Source: Tubiluchus corallicola (taxonomy: Eukaryota; Animalia; Priapulida). From it: 64,000 nt of DNA. Below the pieces are notes generated by a model, which was not told where the DNA came from, ran no database searches, and saw only the letters and a program-made list of their open reading frames with translations. Location: contig JAQGDQ010000106.1 of NCBI GenBank assembly GCA_030141605.1, positions 554,661 through 618,660 of the forward strand, read 5' to 3'. This document shows, piece by piece, positions 44,551-56,500 of this stretch (position 1 is its first letter; each line of letters starts with the position of its first letter). A program made the position numbers and the translations under genes.

Positions 44551-45046
44551 TATCTCTGTGTCTCTCACTGTCTCTCTGTGTCTCTCACTGTCTATCACTG
44601 TCTCTCTCTGTCTCTCTGTGTCTCTCTCTGTCTCTCTGTGTCTCTCTGTGTCTCTCTCTGTCTCTCTCTGTCTCTCTGTGTCTCTCTCTGTCTCTCTGTG
44701 TCTCTCTCCATCTCTCTGTGCCTCTTTCTGTCTCTCTGTGTCTCTTTGTGTCTCTGTCTGTCTCTCTCTGTCTCTCTCTCTCTCTGTTTCTGTCTCTCTC
44801 TGTGTCTCTTTCTCTGTCTCTGTCTGTCTCTGTCTCTCTCTGTGTGTCTCTCTGTTTCTGTGTGTCTCTCTTTCTGTCTCTCTGTGTCTCCATCTGCCTC
44901 TCTGTGTGTCTCTCTCTCTCTGTGTCTCTCTCTGTCTCTGTGTGTCTCTGTCTCTATCTCTATGTGTCTCTCTCTGTCTCTCTGTGACTCTCTCTGTCTC
45001 TCTGTGACTCTCTCTCTCTGTCTCTCTGTGTCTCTCTCTGTCTCTT
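44551..45046. repeat. Compound (TC)n/(TG)n microsatellite, right of LINE
   Basis: About 495 bp with the same composition as 42420-42910. Confidence 0.97.
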
Positions 45047-45797
45047 TTGATAAGGAGGTTACCATAGCAACACATAGTAGCAGCTTACTGTATGTATTAT
45101 CAATTATTAGCTTATTATTATTTACTATAGTGCGACTTTTCATTGAATATTGGCGAATAAAAAATAGTCGTGGACGTAAAGAATTTGTTGTTGCCTTTTT
45201 GCTATTTTGAAAATTTGCGATTATAAGCGTCAGCGCCCTGATTCTCGTTAGAGTTTAGTTGAATATGGTAGTCGGTGTATATGCGTATATCTTTACGAGA
45301 CGGTGGAAACCTGGCGGTTAAATACAATATGAGCGAATGGCTTGAAACATACGTTACACAGAGTCCGAGGCAGGGTCGTACTGGCCTTTGCTGCGTTTCT
45401 TAACTAGTTTTTTTGTTAACGCCCGTTGTTAGTAAGCAGAAGTCTGGTTGTCGAAGTTGCCACACCAAGGTATTAGTAACTAACTAACTATTAACTTGAA
45501 TTGATTTGAGGAAAAATATCAGGGACTGACAACTATTCGCCTGTTGAATACAAGACCACGCAAAGCTGTGCGCGTTTTAAAAATTGGCTCGCAACATCTT
45601 ATATTCGATGCTCACGGCGGTTTCAACACAATTTCACAAATAGTGCCTTGTCTCGCCTTGCCCGCCTTACTTTAGAATCTTGTTTAGCAAAGCGATACTA
45701 AACCTTTTTGACTGAAGTCTATTTTTCAGTCAAGACAGTGGGGCCCTCCCGAGGCCCCCGTATTGATCCACGGGCCATAGGTATATAGCCCGAGCAC

Positions 45798-46084
45798 TTG
45801 TACACGAAACTGTTATTATGTACATGAAATTATTCCGTGTTTTATACAGATTATAAAAATCACTATGTTGTAATCGTCACAGGGGCCCTTCGAAGGGAAT
45901 GCGGCCCCTGATGAGGGGCCTGGTTGCTAGGAGTGCCCAGGTTGTACACGAAACTGTTATTATGTACATGAAATTATTCCGTGTTTTATACAGATTATAA
46001 AAATCACTATGTTGTAATCGTCACAGGGGCCCTTCGAAGGGAATGCGGCCCCTGATGAGGGGCCTGGTTGCTAGGAGTGCCCAG
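45798..46084. repeat. 144-bp tandem duplication with GC-rich hairpins
   Basis: ttgtacacgaaac...gagtgcccag at 45798-45940 and 45942-46084, apparently identical. Confidence 0.92.
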
Positions 46085-46937
46085 ACATGTAAAGCCAGTC
46101 CATTATTACTATAAACATTGACGTTGCTGCACTTTGTATCGATTCTAATGGCAACACCGTCATCCAAAGCGAATAGCTAAATATAGGTCAAGGTTGTGAA
46201 AATGGCAAAAAAGAGCAACTTTGGCTAAAAATTCTGGACTCTTGGGAGATCGCTGGCCAAAATTTTATTTCATGCATTTGTAGGACTAGTCAAGCTGCAA
46301 ATAAAAATATATTGATTAGTCCCCCAATACCCGCCCCAGTGGAGTTATGGGGATTTCAAAATGGCGTCTAAATTCAGCAGCAGCAGACACGTATCTTTTG
46401 CAATCTGATGACACCAACTGAAAAGGAGGTTCAATTTGGCAACGATAATGGTACGGTAGGGTAAGACCCCTACTATATATATCACCAATTAACTAGTGCT
46501 GGATCGCTCATTTACTGTCTGTAATAACGTGAGAAATAATGGGCAATTTTTTACGCCAAAATGGCCAAAATCCGAAAAAATCAAAATGGCGGCTTTTCTC
46601 AGAAACGGCTCATTTCTGAAATCTAATATTTTGGCTGTGGAGTACATCTGAGGGGACCATCAAACCCTGTGAATATGAACAAAATCGGTGATTTGTCACC
46701 TTCCACTATTTTGCTGATTTTCTCACGGAATGACTCTTAAAAACTTGATTAATGGCAGGCGAGCCCAATTATTGATGACATCACAAACTAACATAATTTT
46801 CAACAGCAAGAATATTCAATGAGCATGTTGCACATGTTTGCGAAAGCGAAAATTGACGTACAGTGCTACTGTAGATGTTCAGTGTGTTGTGCTAAAACTA
46901 GGCATGTTTTAAGATAAAAATTCAATTTCAAATTTAC

Positions 46938-46967
46938 CGCTGTGCTCACGCATGAACTGTCGAACAT
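46938..46967 (-). CDS. Candidate first coding exon of the kinesin-14 (MFDSSCVSTA)
   Basis: ATG...ACA GCG|gtaaat, phase 0, matching the phase-0 acceptor at 41661; no homology support. Confidence 0.35.
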
Positions 46968-47563
46968 GTGTAGTTCGTCACAAACTAGTACATCTGAACT
47001 GAGAGGTCGGCACCTGTTTTTGTGCAATGAGTTTCCGAAATGCAGGCACTAGTGCCCGTCTAACTAGCGAATGGCGAAATTCATGTAACAGCGAAAAAAT
47101 AGTGGTGCGAACGCGAAATTGTGTTTGTGTGGTAATAAGTCTTTCACGTAAGTCATTTTTGAAAAAAATAGTATGTTTCCTTTCAGTATTTTAAAGAGTA
47201 GATTGTTTTGACCTACAGTTTAAGATTGGGTCCGGTTTTGCTTTAAGTGATAACATTAAAATAAACTCAATTTGCTTTTTGTTCTCAAAACGGATTTTAC
47301 TTGTACCTGATAATTTGCCTTTACTGGTCTATATATTAGTATATATATTATATTATAAGTTATTATATTAGAAAGTTCAGACTGTGTAAAAACATTTGTC
47401 TGATGTTTTTGAGATTTAAGAATATATTTTTATGCTGTAATTACATTTATGTTTCATAATATTTTAGGATTATGTCTTTCTTAATATTAATACGGTTTCA
47501 TTTTTTTGAAATGCAAGTCTTAAAAATGCATTTCATGATCATTGATTTTTTTTTGTATTGCAG

Positions 47564-50500
47564 GTGGTTGGAATGTTACACACGTACTACGAAATGCGAC
47601 CCTGTAAACCGAAAACTGCAAAATTGAAGCAACTGCTGTCTGCTAATTTATACAGGGGAAGAGAGTACGAAGATGATGACAGTTCTGTAAAGGTAGGTGT
47701 CACAATGCAAAGTGCATTACTCTACATCTCAAATGCACTGACATGCTATAAATTACGGCTGACTGAGTGCATTTAGATTGAGCAAAAGTTGTGCATGTGT
47801 CATGGTCATCTGTCTGCTGCTGATTACGCAACTGGAATATGTGTCGACTCCATGTTTTAAACTCCTCGTTTTTTTACCAAACTGTTAGAACAGTATAAAC
47901 CAAAGATTTCCTCCATTGCTCAATTATGTTTGCATATCTGGCATACGTACTAGCGGCCAAGTGTGCCGTTTTCTAGTAATTGGGGCACCAATTAATTGAC
48001 TTAATCATCCAGTCATCTAGATTCAAGATTCAAGATTTATTTTGTTTAACCAAATTATAAAAATTTGAACAAATATGTACTTGCGCATTTCTGTAACAAT
48101 TTAAGACTAACTAAATTATAATTGCATTAAACCTATGTGAGTGAGGGGACCTAAAAATGGTAACACAACTGCATTAATTAAAGGTAATCTCTCTAGTATT
48201 TTATCAGCTTTCGATGCAAATCATTTGTATTACCGATACTATTGTCAACTTATTTTTTGGAGAACTGTCGCCAAAAATCGCTCGACAAATATTGTGACAG
48301 AATCAAGTAACAGGACTGCGTCCCTGTGCAGTAACTTAATGCTTTGACATAGTCTCTTAGACACAAAGGTTTCTCATAAGCATGAACACGCGGTTTTTGT
48401 GTGCGTCTGCTTTGGCGTAAAAGAGCAATATAATCGATTATCGATTGATTCCTATTGGTTTTGTACACTGTTAAAGCAAAACCAGGCCCAATGTTCAACC
48501 GCAAGTCAAAACAATCTTCTTTTTAAAAATATTGAAAGGAAACATACTATTTTTTAAATAATGCCTTACGTGAAAGAATTATTACCACACAAATGCAATT
48601 TCACATTGTTTCCACTAGTTCGCTGCTACATGCATTTTGCCATTTGTGTTTTTATCTTAAAACTTGCCTAGTTTTAGTACAACACACTGAACCTCTTACA
48701 GTAGCACTGCACTTCAATTTTTGCTCTCTCAAACACGTGCAACACGCTCGTGGAATATTTTTGCTATTGAAAATTATGTTAGTTTATGATGTCATCAATA
48801 GCCCGCCGTTAATTAATTATTTACTTATCAGAAACGTTTTGCAGTATTAATTGTGTTAAAATGTTTAGATTTTGTCGGACTTGAATATTGGGTATATGAA
48901 AAATCATCCTGTCTTCCTTTAACTGATTACGACAATACAACCGACATCCCACCACTAAAATATAACTCACTATGAAAATTATCTTTGCACTTTATTTTGT
49001 CATGTGTAATCTTTGATTTTTATGATGATTTACACTGCTATCTACTTATCAATGTCACTTGTCAATGTTTATTTTACATGAAATAAGTCGTTTTTCACGC
49101 TGCTTTTACATTATTGATAGCTTAAACATCTTTACTTATCATAAATTCTATTTTTTTGTAGCTCTATACGTTTGCAGATCTTCTGGATAAGGTACAAGCT
49201 AGCGAAGCTGAATTGCGCAAGGCATTAAACGACCTTTCAGCTTGCAAAATTGATGGTGAGAATCTGTATTTTCTTTTATGTTATCATCGAGCAGCCATGT
49301 TTGTTAGACCATAAGTGTTTCTTGCTCTTTTAGTCGTCATTTGCACCCATGTCTCGCTATTTCTTGCTTCTTCTTCGATGTGCTTTAGTTGTGGTGTAGG
49401 TTTTGGGAACTAATTTTGTGACAATTCATACAACATTGACCCTGTTGATAGCAAAGCCTCCTACTCTTATATGCACAATTTCATATTTCAGTGACTGTAC
49501 AAGCTCACAATTAATTAAATTCTGATATCAAACTTGAATGATTGGCCTGGATTTGAACTAGGAACCTTCTATTTGAAAGTCAGATGTTTTAGACCATTAG
49601 GCCACTGTATCTCCCAGTGGTTCAGGCATTCCAAATTTTATCTCTTAATTTAAACATTATTTATTATAGGATTGGATCAGATAATTTGAACAGCAATTTT
49701 ATCCCTTATACCTGACCATTCAAATGCAGTTGACATTTCCAAAAGTTAGATCGTTCACATTAGACTTATTAGATTAACTTTTTTAATGATAATTCTGACA
49801 TTAAGATTATAATAATTGGTGTTTTAGTTTATAAAGTAAAAACTTTTGGTATTTCTTTGTTCTTTAACTTATAATGAATACCGGAGTTCTTATAATATGT
49901 GTGCTTGCATAGCAAAATCATCCATAAGTTGAAATTAATCTTTTCTAACTATTCACTTATCCTGAATCTTCATTTAATGAGGATCATTTTGATACCAAGC
50001 TCATTGCTCTATGTTGTTTCAAAGCTGAGATAATCCTCGTTGAAGTTGAGGCTATGCAGCGAAAAACCTAACCTTGAGAAAAACGCTGTTAAAATTAGCC
50101 ATTGTTTTTTCTCGCGTCTCTACAAAACACTTAGCAACCGTACAAACATTGGTTGCTATGAACTTTACAGGAACAAATTGAAGTTACATTTAAATCCAGT
50201 AGATGGCTCTTCCTGACGGAGATCTGGTCTTGTCAACATAAAAAACCCGAAGCAAAATGGCTGCTTCCGCGAGCTACAATCTGAGTTTGAAAATACGAGT
50301 TTTTTTACAATTGCAGTACTAGTTTCTAGACAGAAAAGTGCGTAAGTACTTATAAAATTAGATTTTTAGTATTTTTGGACATTTTCCTGATGATATGATG
50401 CTAGAATATAAAAAATCCAATTTATTAAGCATTATTTTTCATAAAAAATAAAAAATCAACTTTTGTCAAAAGTTTTGGTGCTTTCTATTTTGAAGCATCA

Positions 50501-53500
50501 TAACGTAGTTTTAACTGTGCCGACTTATGGATGATTTTGGTTTGCAAGCACACGAATTATATTCAAGTTCATGGTAAGGAAATAAATTGCTACAAATGAT
50601 TTTACCAGAGCCCGTATTTGAACCTAGTACCTGATATTTGTAAGTAGGCATTTTTCTTCGGAGCTATTAAACAAAACATTCTAACTAACTTGGTGAATAT
50701 TATTTTCTTTAAATAGTGTTTGACCAAAAACGTAATAGCGCTATTTTTACTGTGATTTGGTATAAACAGGCTTGTGGGTTAAGAGATATGAACGATTTAT
50801 AAAAAGAAAAGGTAATAAATTTAACACGAATAAAATTTCTATCGATACGGTAATAATCTAAATGTTTTCAGATATGTGCGTGCTTGCAAACCAAAATCGT
50901 CTGTAAGTCGGCATAGTTAAAACTACGTTATCTTTCTTCAAAGTAGAAAACACCAAAAATTTGGTCAAATGTTGACTTTTTACTTTTATGAAAACAAATG
51001 CTAAATATATTGGACTTTTATATTCTGGCATCAAATTAACAGGAAAATGTCCAAAAAATACTAAAAATCTAATTTTATAACTCCTTACACACTTTTCTAT
51101 CTTGAAACTAGTACTGCAATTGTAAAAAACTTGTATTTTCAAACAGCGATTGAGGCTCGTAGAAGCAGCCATTTTGCTTCAGGTTTTTTCTGTTCACGAG
51201 ATTCAGGATATGTGAATAACTAGAAAAGCTTAATTGCCGAATTATGGACGATTTTGCTTTGCAAGCACACATATAGTGAGATTTTTTTGCAATATGCTGG
51301 TCAGAACAGTGTTGTAATTTCGTTCACCCTGAAGTAATGTGTGAATGATTTTAGGTCACTGGAGAATGCTGGACTTTGATTACATGTCTGTATTACTGAA
51401 CAGAATACTTTCCTTCGTGGAAGAAAACTCGTGGAATTACACATGCATCCCGCTAGCACCAACGCTAGATACCCTAGAAGAATTAGAACCCAGGGTTCTC
51501 CTACAGCATTGTATGGACGTGTTTGGAAGTCAAGAAGCATCGATGGAAAATTTAGGTAAATCTTTGTACAGAGTCGGTTTGTGTAGTCATATTTGAGTCT
51601 GCCACACTGTAGAACTGTTTTAGTCTGAGTTAGCTATAGGGATGAGCATTGAATACTCGACTTCGATTCAAACGAGTTTGTTTTAGTTCGAATTCGATTC
51701 AAACCTAAAATTATGGATTCTAAAAATTCAGCACTTCAACTACATTGATTCTTTATCCTTAAAATGTTTGAAACATTACTCTGTGCTTTTTAGTTGTAAT
51801 TTCTGTGCACAAATTTTAAAGAATTATTAGTGTTTTTACTGCAGCACAAAATCAAGCAATATGCACGATCTTTGTGAGACTGCTTTTTATTAACGATTCA
51901 AAAATTCATTTGAAAATCTTTGAAACTGAATTCGAAATTGTATCGGATTCACAATTTGTATTCTTGAAATTTGTTTTGATTCGAGTTTGAAAGTCAAAAA
52001 TTCAATCCGATTCGAATTATCTGTCTAACAGAAAATGCTCCTCCTAATTAGTAGACCAGATTCTCTAAGTGCAGGTTACCAAATTTTTAGCGTGGCATTA
52101 GAGCATAATTAATTTATTTACGCATCCAACAAATGACGTTAACGAGTTGAATTATAAAATCTCTCATTTCGTCGGATTTTATATATCTTTCAGATGAACA
52201 ATCGTTCATCTGAAAATGCTCCTTCTAATTAGTAGACCAGATTCTCTAAGTGCAGGTTACCAAATTTTTAGCGTGGCATTAGAGCATAATTAATTTATTT
52301 ACACATCCAACAAATGACGTTAACGAGTTGAATTATAAAATCTCTCATTTCGTCGGATTTTATATATCTTTCAGATGAACAATCGTTCACCGTCATACAC
52401 CCTAGATAATCATATGATAATAAATTGTAGATTCATAATATACTAAACCAACACTTACTGTCAGACGGCAAGAGCATTAATCTTTTGCTGCTGAACGCCA
52501 GCTGCGTTTAGTCGCTGAGTGAACAAAGAATCTGCGAAATTTCTCTTTAATACCTAAACTCCTGAATGAGTAATGCACCATCATGAAAAATGATCGGCAA
52601 GCACTGTCGGCGAGCTGCACGATATGAGAAGTGCCAGTCATAGATATGAAAAAGAGCATAAATCACTATATTCATAATATCTGCTTAGGTAAAAGTTACA
52701 CAAATTATTTCATGATTATTTCAAATTATTTCATAAAGCAGCTACATTGTCCTGTTTGCTTCATTTCTCCACTTTTTCACAAGATAAACTCAATAGTTTG
52801 GCTAGAACTTTGATTATTTATCATAGAACTTCCGTTATTTAAAACATTTGAAATTTCCACTTTGTCTTGTGATCTCTGTCTTTCTGGTTGACAAGAACTT
52901 CTGCTAAATGAGATTGTTTTTGAATTTTTTTGTATCTGCAGAAGATGTGACTTATAGATTAGACGAAGATAAAATCTGCCGGTTTTTTGCGGAAGAACTT
53001 CTCCGTCCTACCCAAAACGTAAGTAGCACGATAATTAGCATGTCCTATTGACTGTGAATTATCAATAAATAAATTTAAACATAGTCTAAGATGTTGCTAG
53101 TTGCAATAGTTTAAAACTCGTTATGTCACCTCAAACTTTTGACTCTTAATTACACACCAATATACTAGTATAGAGTGTATATGATGTACAGTGTTCCCGG
53201 GTGTTCCATTCCAGGCCCATCCACGATAAGTGAATTTCCATGAAGTAGGGACGCTATACTTGTTTTAGCAATTATACATTATTTTAAGTCTGTATAAATC
53301 CTCCCCACACTCTTATACATAACCCTTTCCCATTCCCTTAATAACTTTTCCCATGCTGTACATGTACCTTTTAAAAAACTTTACTTAAATGTTTTAAACT
53401 CTTAAACCTAGATATGTAATTTTAAAAATTTGATATGTGTTGTGTATAATCTCACGTCGGCAAGTACCATGTCAAGCGGGCGCAAGTACTACATTTCGTT

Positions 53501-56500
53501 TTTGGTGTGTATTCATCCGCCGAATAAATACACTATTTACTGTAAATGGTAATTTTTATGATTTATAATATTCTTTTAATGTTAGAATTAATATTTTTAA
53601 TATATTCTTATACATTTTGTGATTTATGCAAAGTTCATCAAATCTATACATGACTGTACTATACGTACTGCGCATGTGCAAAAATACTTTAGACGGAGTA
53701 CCGCAAAAACCCGCGAAACAGCGAAAATACCGCGATAAATATTTTACATTAATATTTTTGAAAACCCGCGAAACAGCGAGTCTGCGATAAACGAACCGCG
53801 AACTAGCGAGGGAACACTGTACACAACTTTTATGTGATTCGAAAAGTAGAACCCTTGTGCTATGCGATATTTGCAGGTATTAAATTTTAATAGAGGCACT
53901 GCTAGAATTTATTCTAGCACTGCTAAAATCTGTGAGTGTAGGAATCATGTAAATAATTAAGTATATGAACTGATTAGGCAGACGTGTGGAAATAGGATAA
54001 AAAATTAACACAATGCTAAAAATATGTATGAGAATTTTTTGTGATAAATTTAATTTAAACAGGCCACATTCAACAACTGTATTTTCATAGGTAATTCACT
54101 GTTCGACTGTCATAAATGTACAATATGTAATGCACACTGTACTATTTGCACCTGAAATTCTGATTAAAAATTATATTAAACAGAAAACACGTGACATTAT
54201 AGACGTAAGCACTCAAAGATGAAAAACGGAGGGTTATGTCTCTCTTTTAAATAAGCCTAGGATTACACGGCTCACTATTTTGGACTCTTCGCTAATTCCA
54301 TACTCGATATTAAATTTTTCTTCACTTATGAAAGCCATTATCATGTTATATTATAATAATTATATTTTGAGGCTGAAATCAGACGATGGCTCGCTTCGAG
54401 GGCAGTTAAGAGAGTACCTACAGTAAATGTCATCTTCTGTAAGCTGTAGCTTACCACATGATCAGTCGATTCACACTTGTTTTATTATGCCGACCAACTG
54501 ATTGCAGAGTAACTTACTCCTATATTGCACACACCGATATCTTTGCCAAAAACTTCCATTATTGCTTAAAGGACACAAACGTTTTTACACTAAAATCATG
54601 AATGCAGAACTTTTTACTTGCTATAAGTCATTAAAATCTGACAAAATTTGCTTGGAAGCTATAATTAATTTTTTGTAATAATTACTTCTATAATTGCCTC
54701 TAAAAGATTTTTTAATTGACCAATGGAAACCTTTATTAAAAAATTAAAAAATTTCAATCTCAAAATCAGCTCAGCTCAACTTGAAGCTCTAAACTTTATT
54801 CACCAATGGCAAATTTAAAATTTTTAACTTTAAACCTAACCTGAAAGTGATTTCACACAGACCTCAAACCTTTGTGTGATTATTTCTCACAATTTGAACA
54901 TGTTAAAAATGTCGAGCGTATGCTGCCGAATTTTCTGACAATAATGATTTTGAATAGTGAAGCATTTTCTCTATGAAGCAGCTCAAATGCGCATAATTCT
55001 CAGTGACAACGACACAGTTCTGCAGCAACATTAAGCATTTGACTATTTTTGTCTAATTTGTTAAGTCTTATACTATATGGAGTGAAGTGAAAATAAAAAA
55101 GAAATTTCAGCAAGAGTTAGCAATTTTTGTCAGCTTGTTTCTGAAATAGACAAAAAATTATTTGGATGCTGAATTTATTCTTGACTTGAAACTTCATTTA
55201 ATACTATCTTCACTTCTGTTTGCAGCATTCGGGTTATCGAATAAAAAATAAAAAATTTAAGAGTAGCCTATTCACTTTAACTGCGTTCATTTATGAAAAT
55301 TTGGTTTATCCAAACGGATTTTGCTGGTTTAGTTTCTGCAAGCTGTTTGTTATTGAATCGGGGCCTAGTTTAATGAACAATATTATTGAGGCTAAACGTG
55401 TCACAATAGAAGAATGAAAGTGAGGCAGCGGGAAAGAGAAATTTTAATAGACATAATTAAAGAAACTTAATTCTAATCATTCAGTCACTGTATTCGATTT
55501 GGTTTGTGTTTGAAAAATGAAAATTCGATTCAGTTCGAGTTTGTGTTTGTCCTTAAAGGCCTATATAACCCCAACAGATGAGTTTTTTAAACACATTGTT
55601 ATGGTGACACAAAGAATTCATAGTTATTATTAAACAAAAGGGACTTTACACAAAAGATCACCATGTTTCGCGTCTTTGGCACGAGTGAGCGAGAATGGCG
55701 TACGCGGTACAGGGTCTTTCACTGCTGATGCTTGTCAGCCAATCTTTGGTGACTGTACTCAAAATGTCATTAGTCTCGCACAGCGAAATTGGCATTTCTA
55801 CAAATTTAATACCGCTAACAGCAAAGTAATAAAAAATCAAAAGAAATATGTTTCTCAGTAAGTTTATGATAAAATAAATTGAGTATTCGTAATGAGACCA
55901 GAATTTCAAGTCGTAAAAGTTATATTATATTGAGGGTTGAGTTTGACTTTAATTTTACTCACGTATTATGCCCCGTCTTGCTCACGTATATATAAGTAAT
56001 GTTTACCCCAAGTTTCTGAAGAACTCTCACGTTTAAATGTTTGTGTTTGTTTCTTGACCTGCAGTCTCACTGTTTGGTCATTAGGTTACTTGCAAAGTAA
56101 CTCTACAAAGTGATCTGTTTTGCTGCGATTCTGTTCTTGTTCTCAAAAACGTCACAGTGAAGTCACGCGATAAAATTGCAAATAAGCTGTTATTGTAAAG
56201 TCTGTAAATGTTTACAGTTTAGTTTGTCAGAATTTCTGAGGAGTTGGCAGCAGACTGTACCAGAGGACATGACAACAAGTTTGGACCAGATAAGGGTAAG
56301 TGTATGAAGCAATCGGACTTTTCCTAGCAAATTTTATTTCAAAGCTTGACCAGCTACACCAGCTTGACCACCTTGCCATGCCGACAACGTAGCTCTTTAT
56401 TGATTGACAAGTGTTGATGTTGTAATATGGTTTGATTGTTTTTTATTGATCTCAGTTATTTTTGCCATTAAGAACTAACTCGTTGCTATTGATGTCCCGA

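Larger units (their letters stand above)
41810..46736. mobile_element. Sola3-like non-autonomous DNA transposon with ~490-bp imperfect TIRs
   Basis: 41810-42300 is the inverted copy of 46250-46736. TTAA flanks both ends (41806-41809, 46737-46740). The right end reads TTAA-GAGTCATTCC inward; the left end lacks GAGTCA. TTAA target, GAG terminus and long TIRs fit Sola3. Confidence 0.75.
46745..48825. repeat. Inverted pair of a ~180-bp repeat (46745-46925 / 48645-48825)
   Basis: tattgatgacatca.aaactaacataattttcaa.agcaa...gttcagtgtgttgt.ctaaaactaggca is present in opposite orientations. Confidence 0.8.

Noticed and set aside
42272-45210. Many long Arg/Glu/Thr- or Ser/Leu/Cys-rich ORFs and the 635-aa 'fusion' ORF 42387-44294
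   Set aside because: These are translations of stop-free TC/TG microsatellite; only the part after ~42911 is real (LINE RT).
47218-47330. Possible missing DSCC1 exon 2 (SKRILLVPDNLP)
   Set aside because: Only 4-5 residues resemble the TSNxLLxxP motif; the IRGD/AVLC motifs are absent and there is no good donor.
49541-49612. tRNA gene
   Set aside because: A/B boxes are present but the stems do not pair convincingly; it looks like a SINE head.
52449-52563. Possible upstream kinesin exon on the minus strand inside a DSCC1 intron
   Set aside because: The frames tried hit a stop before the donor.
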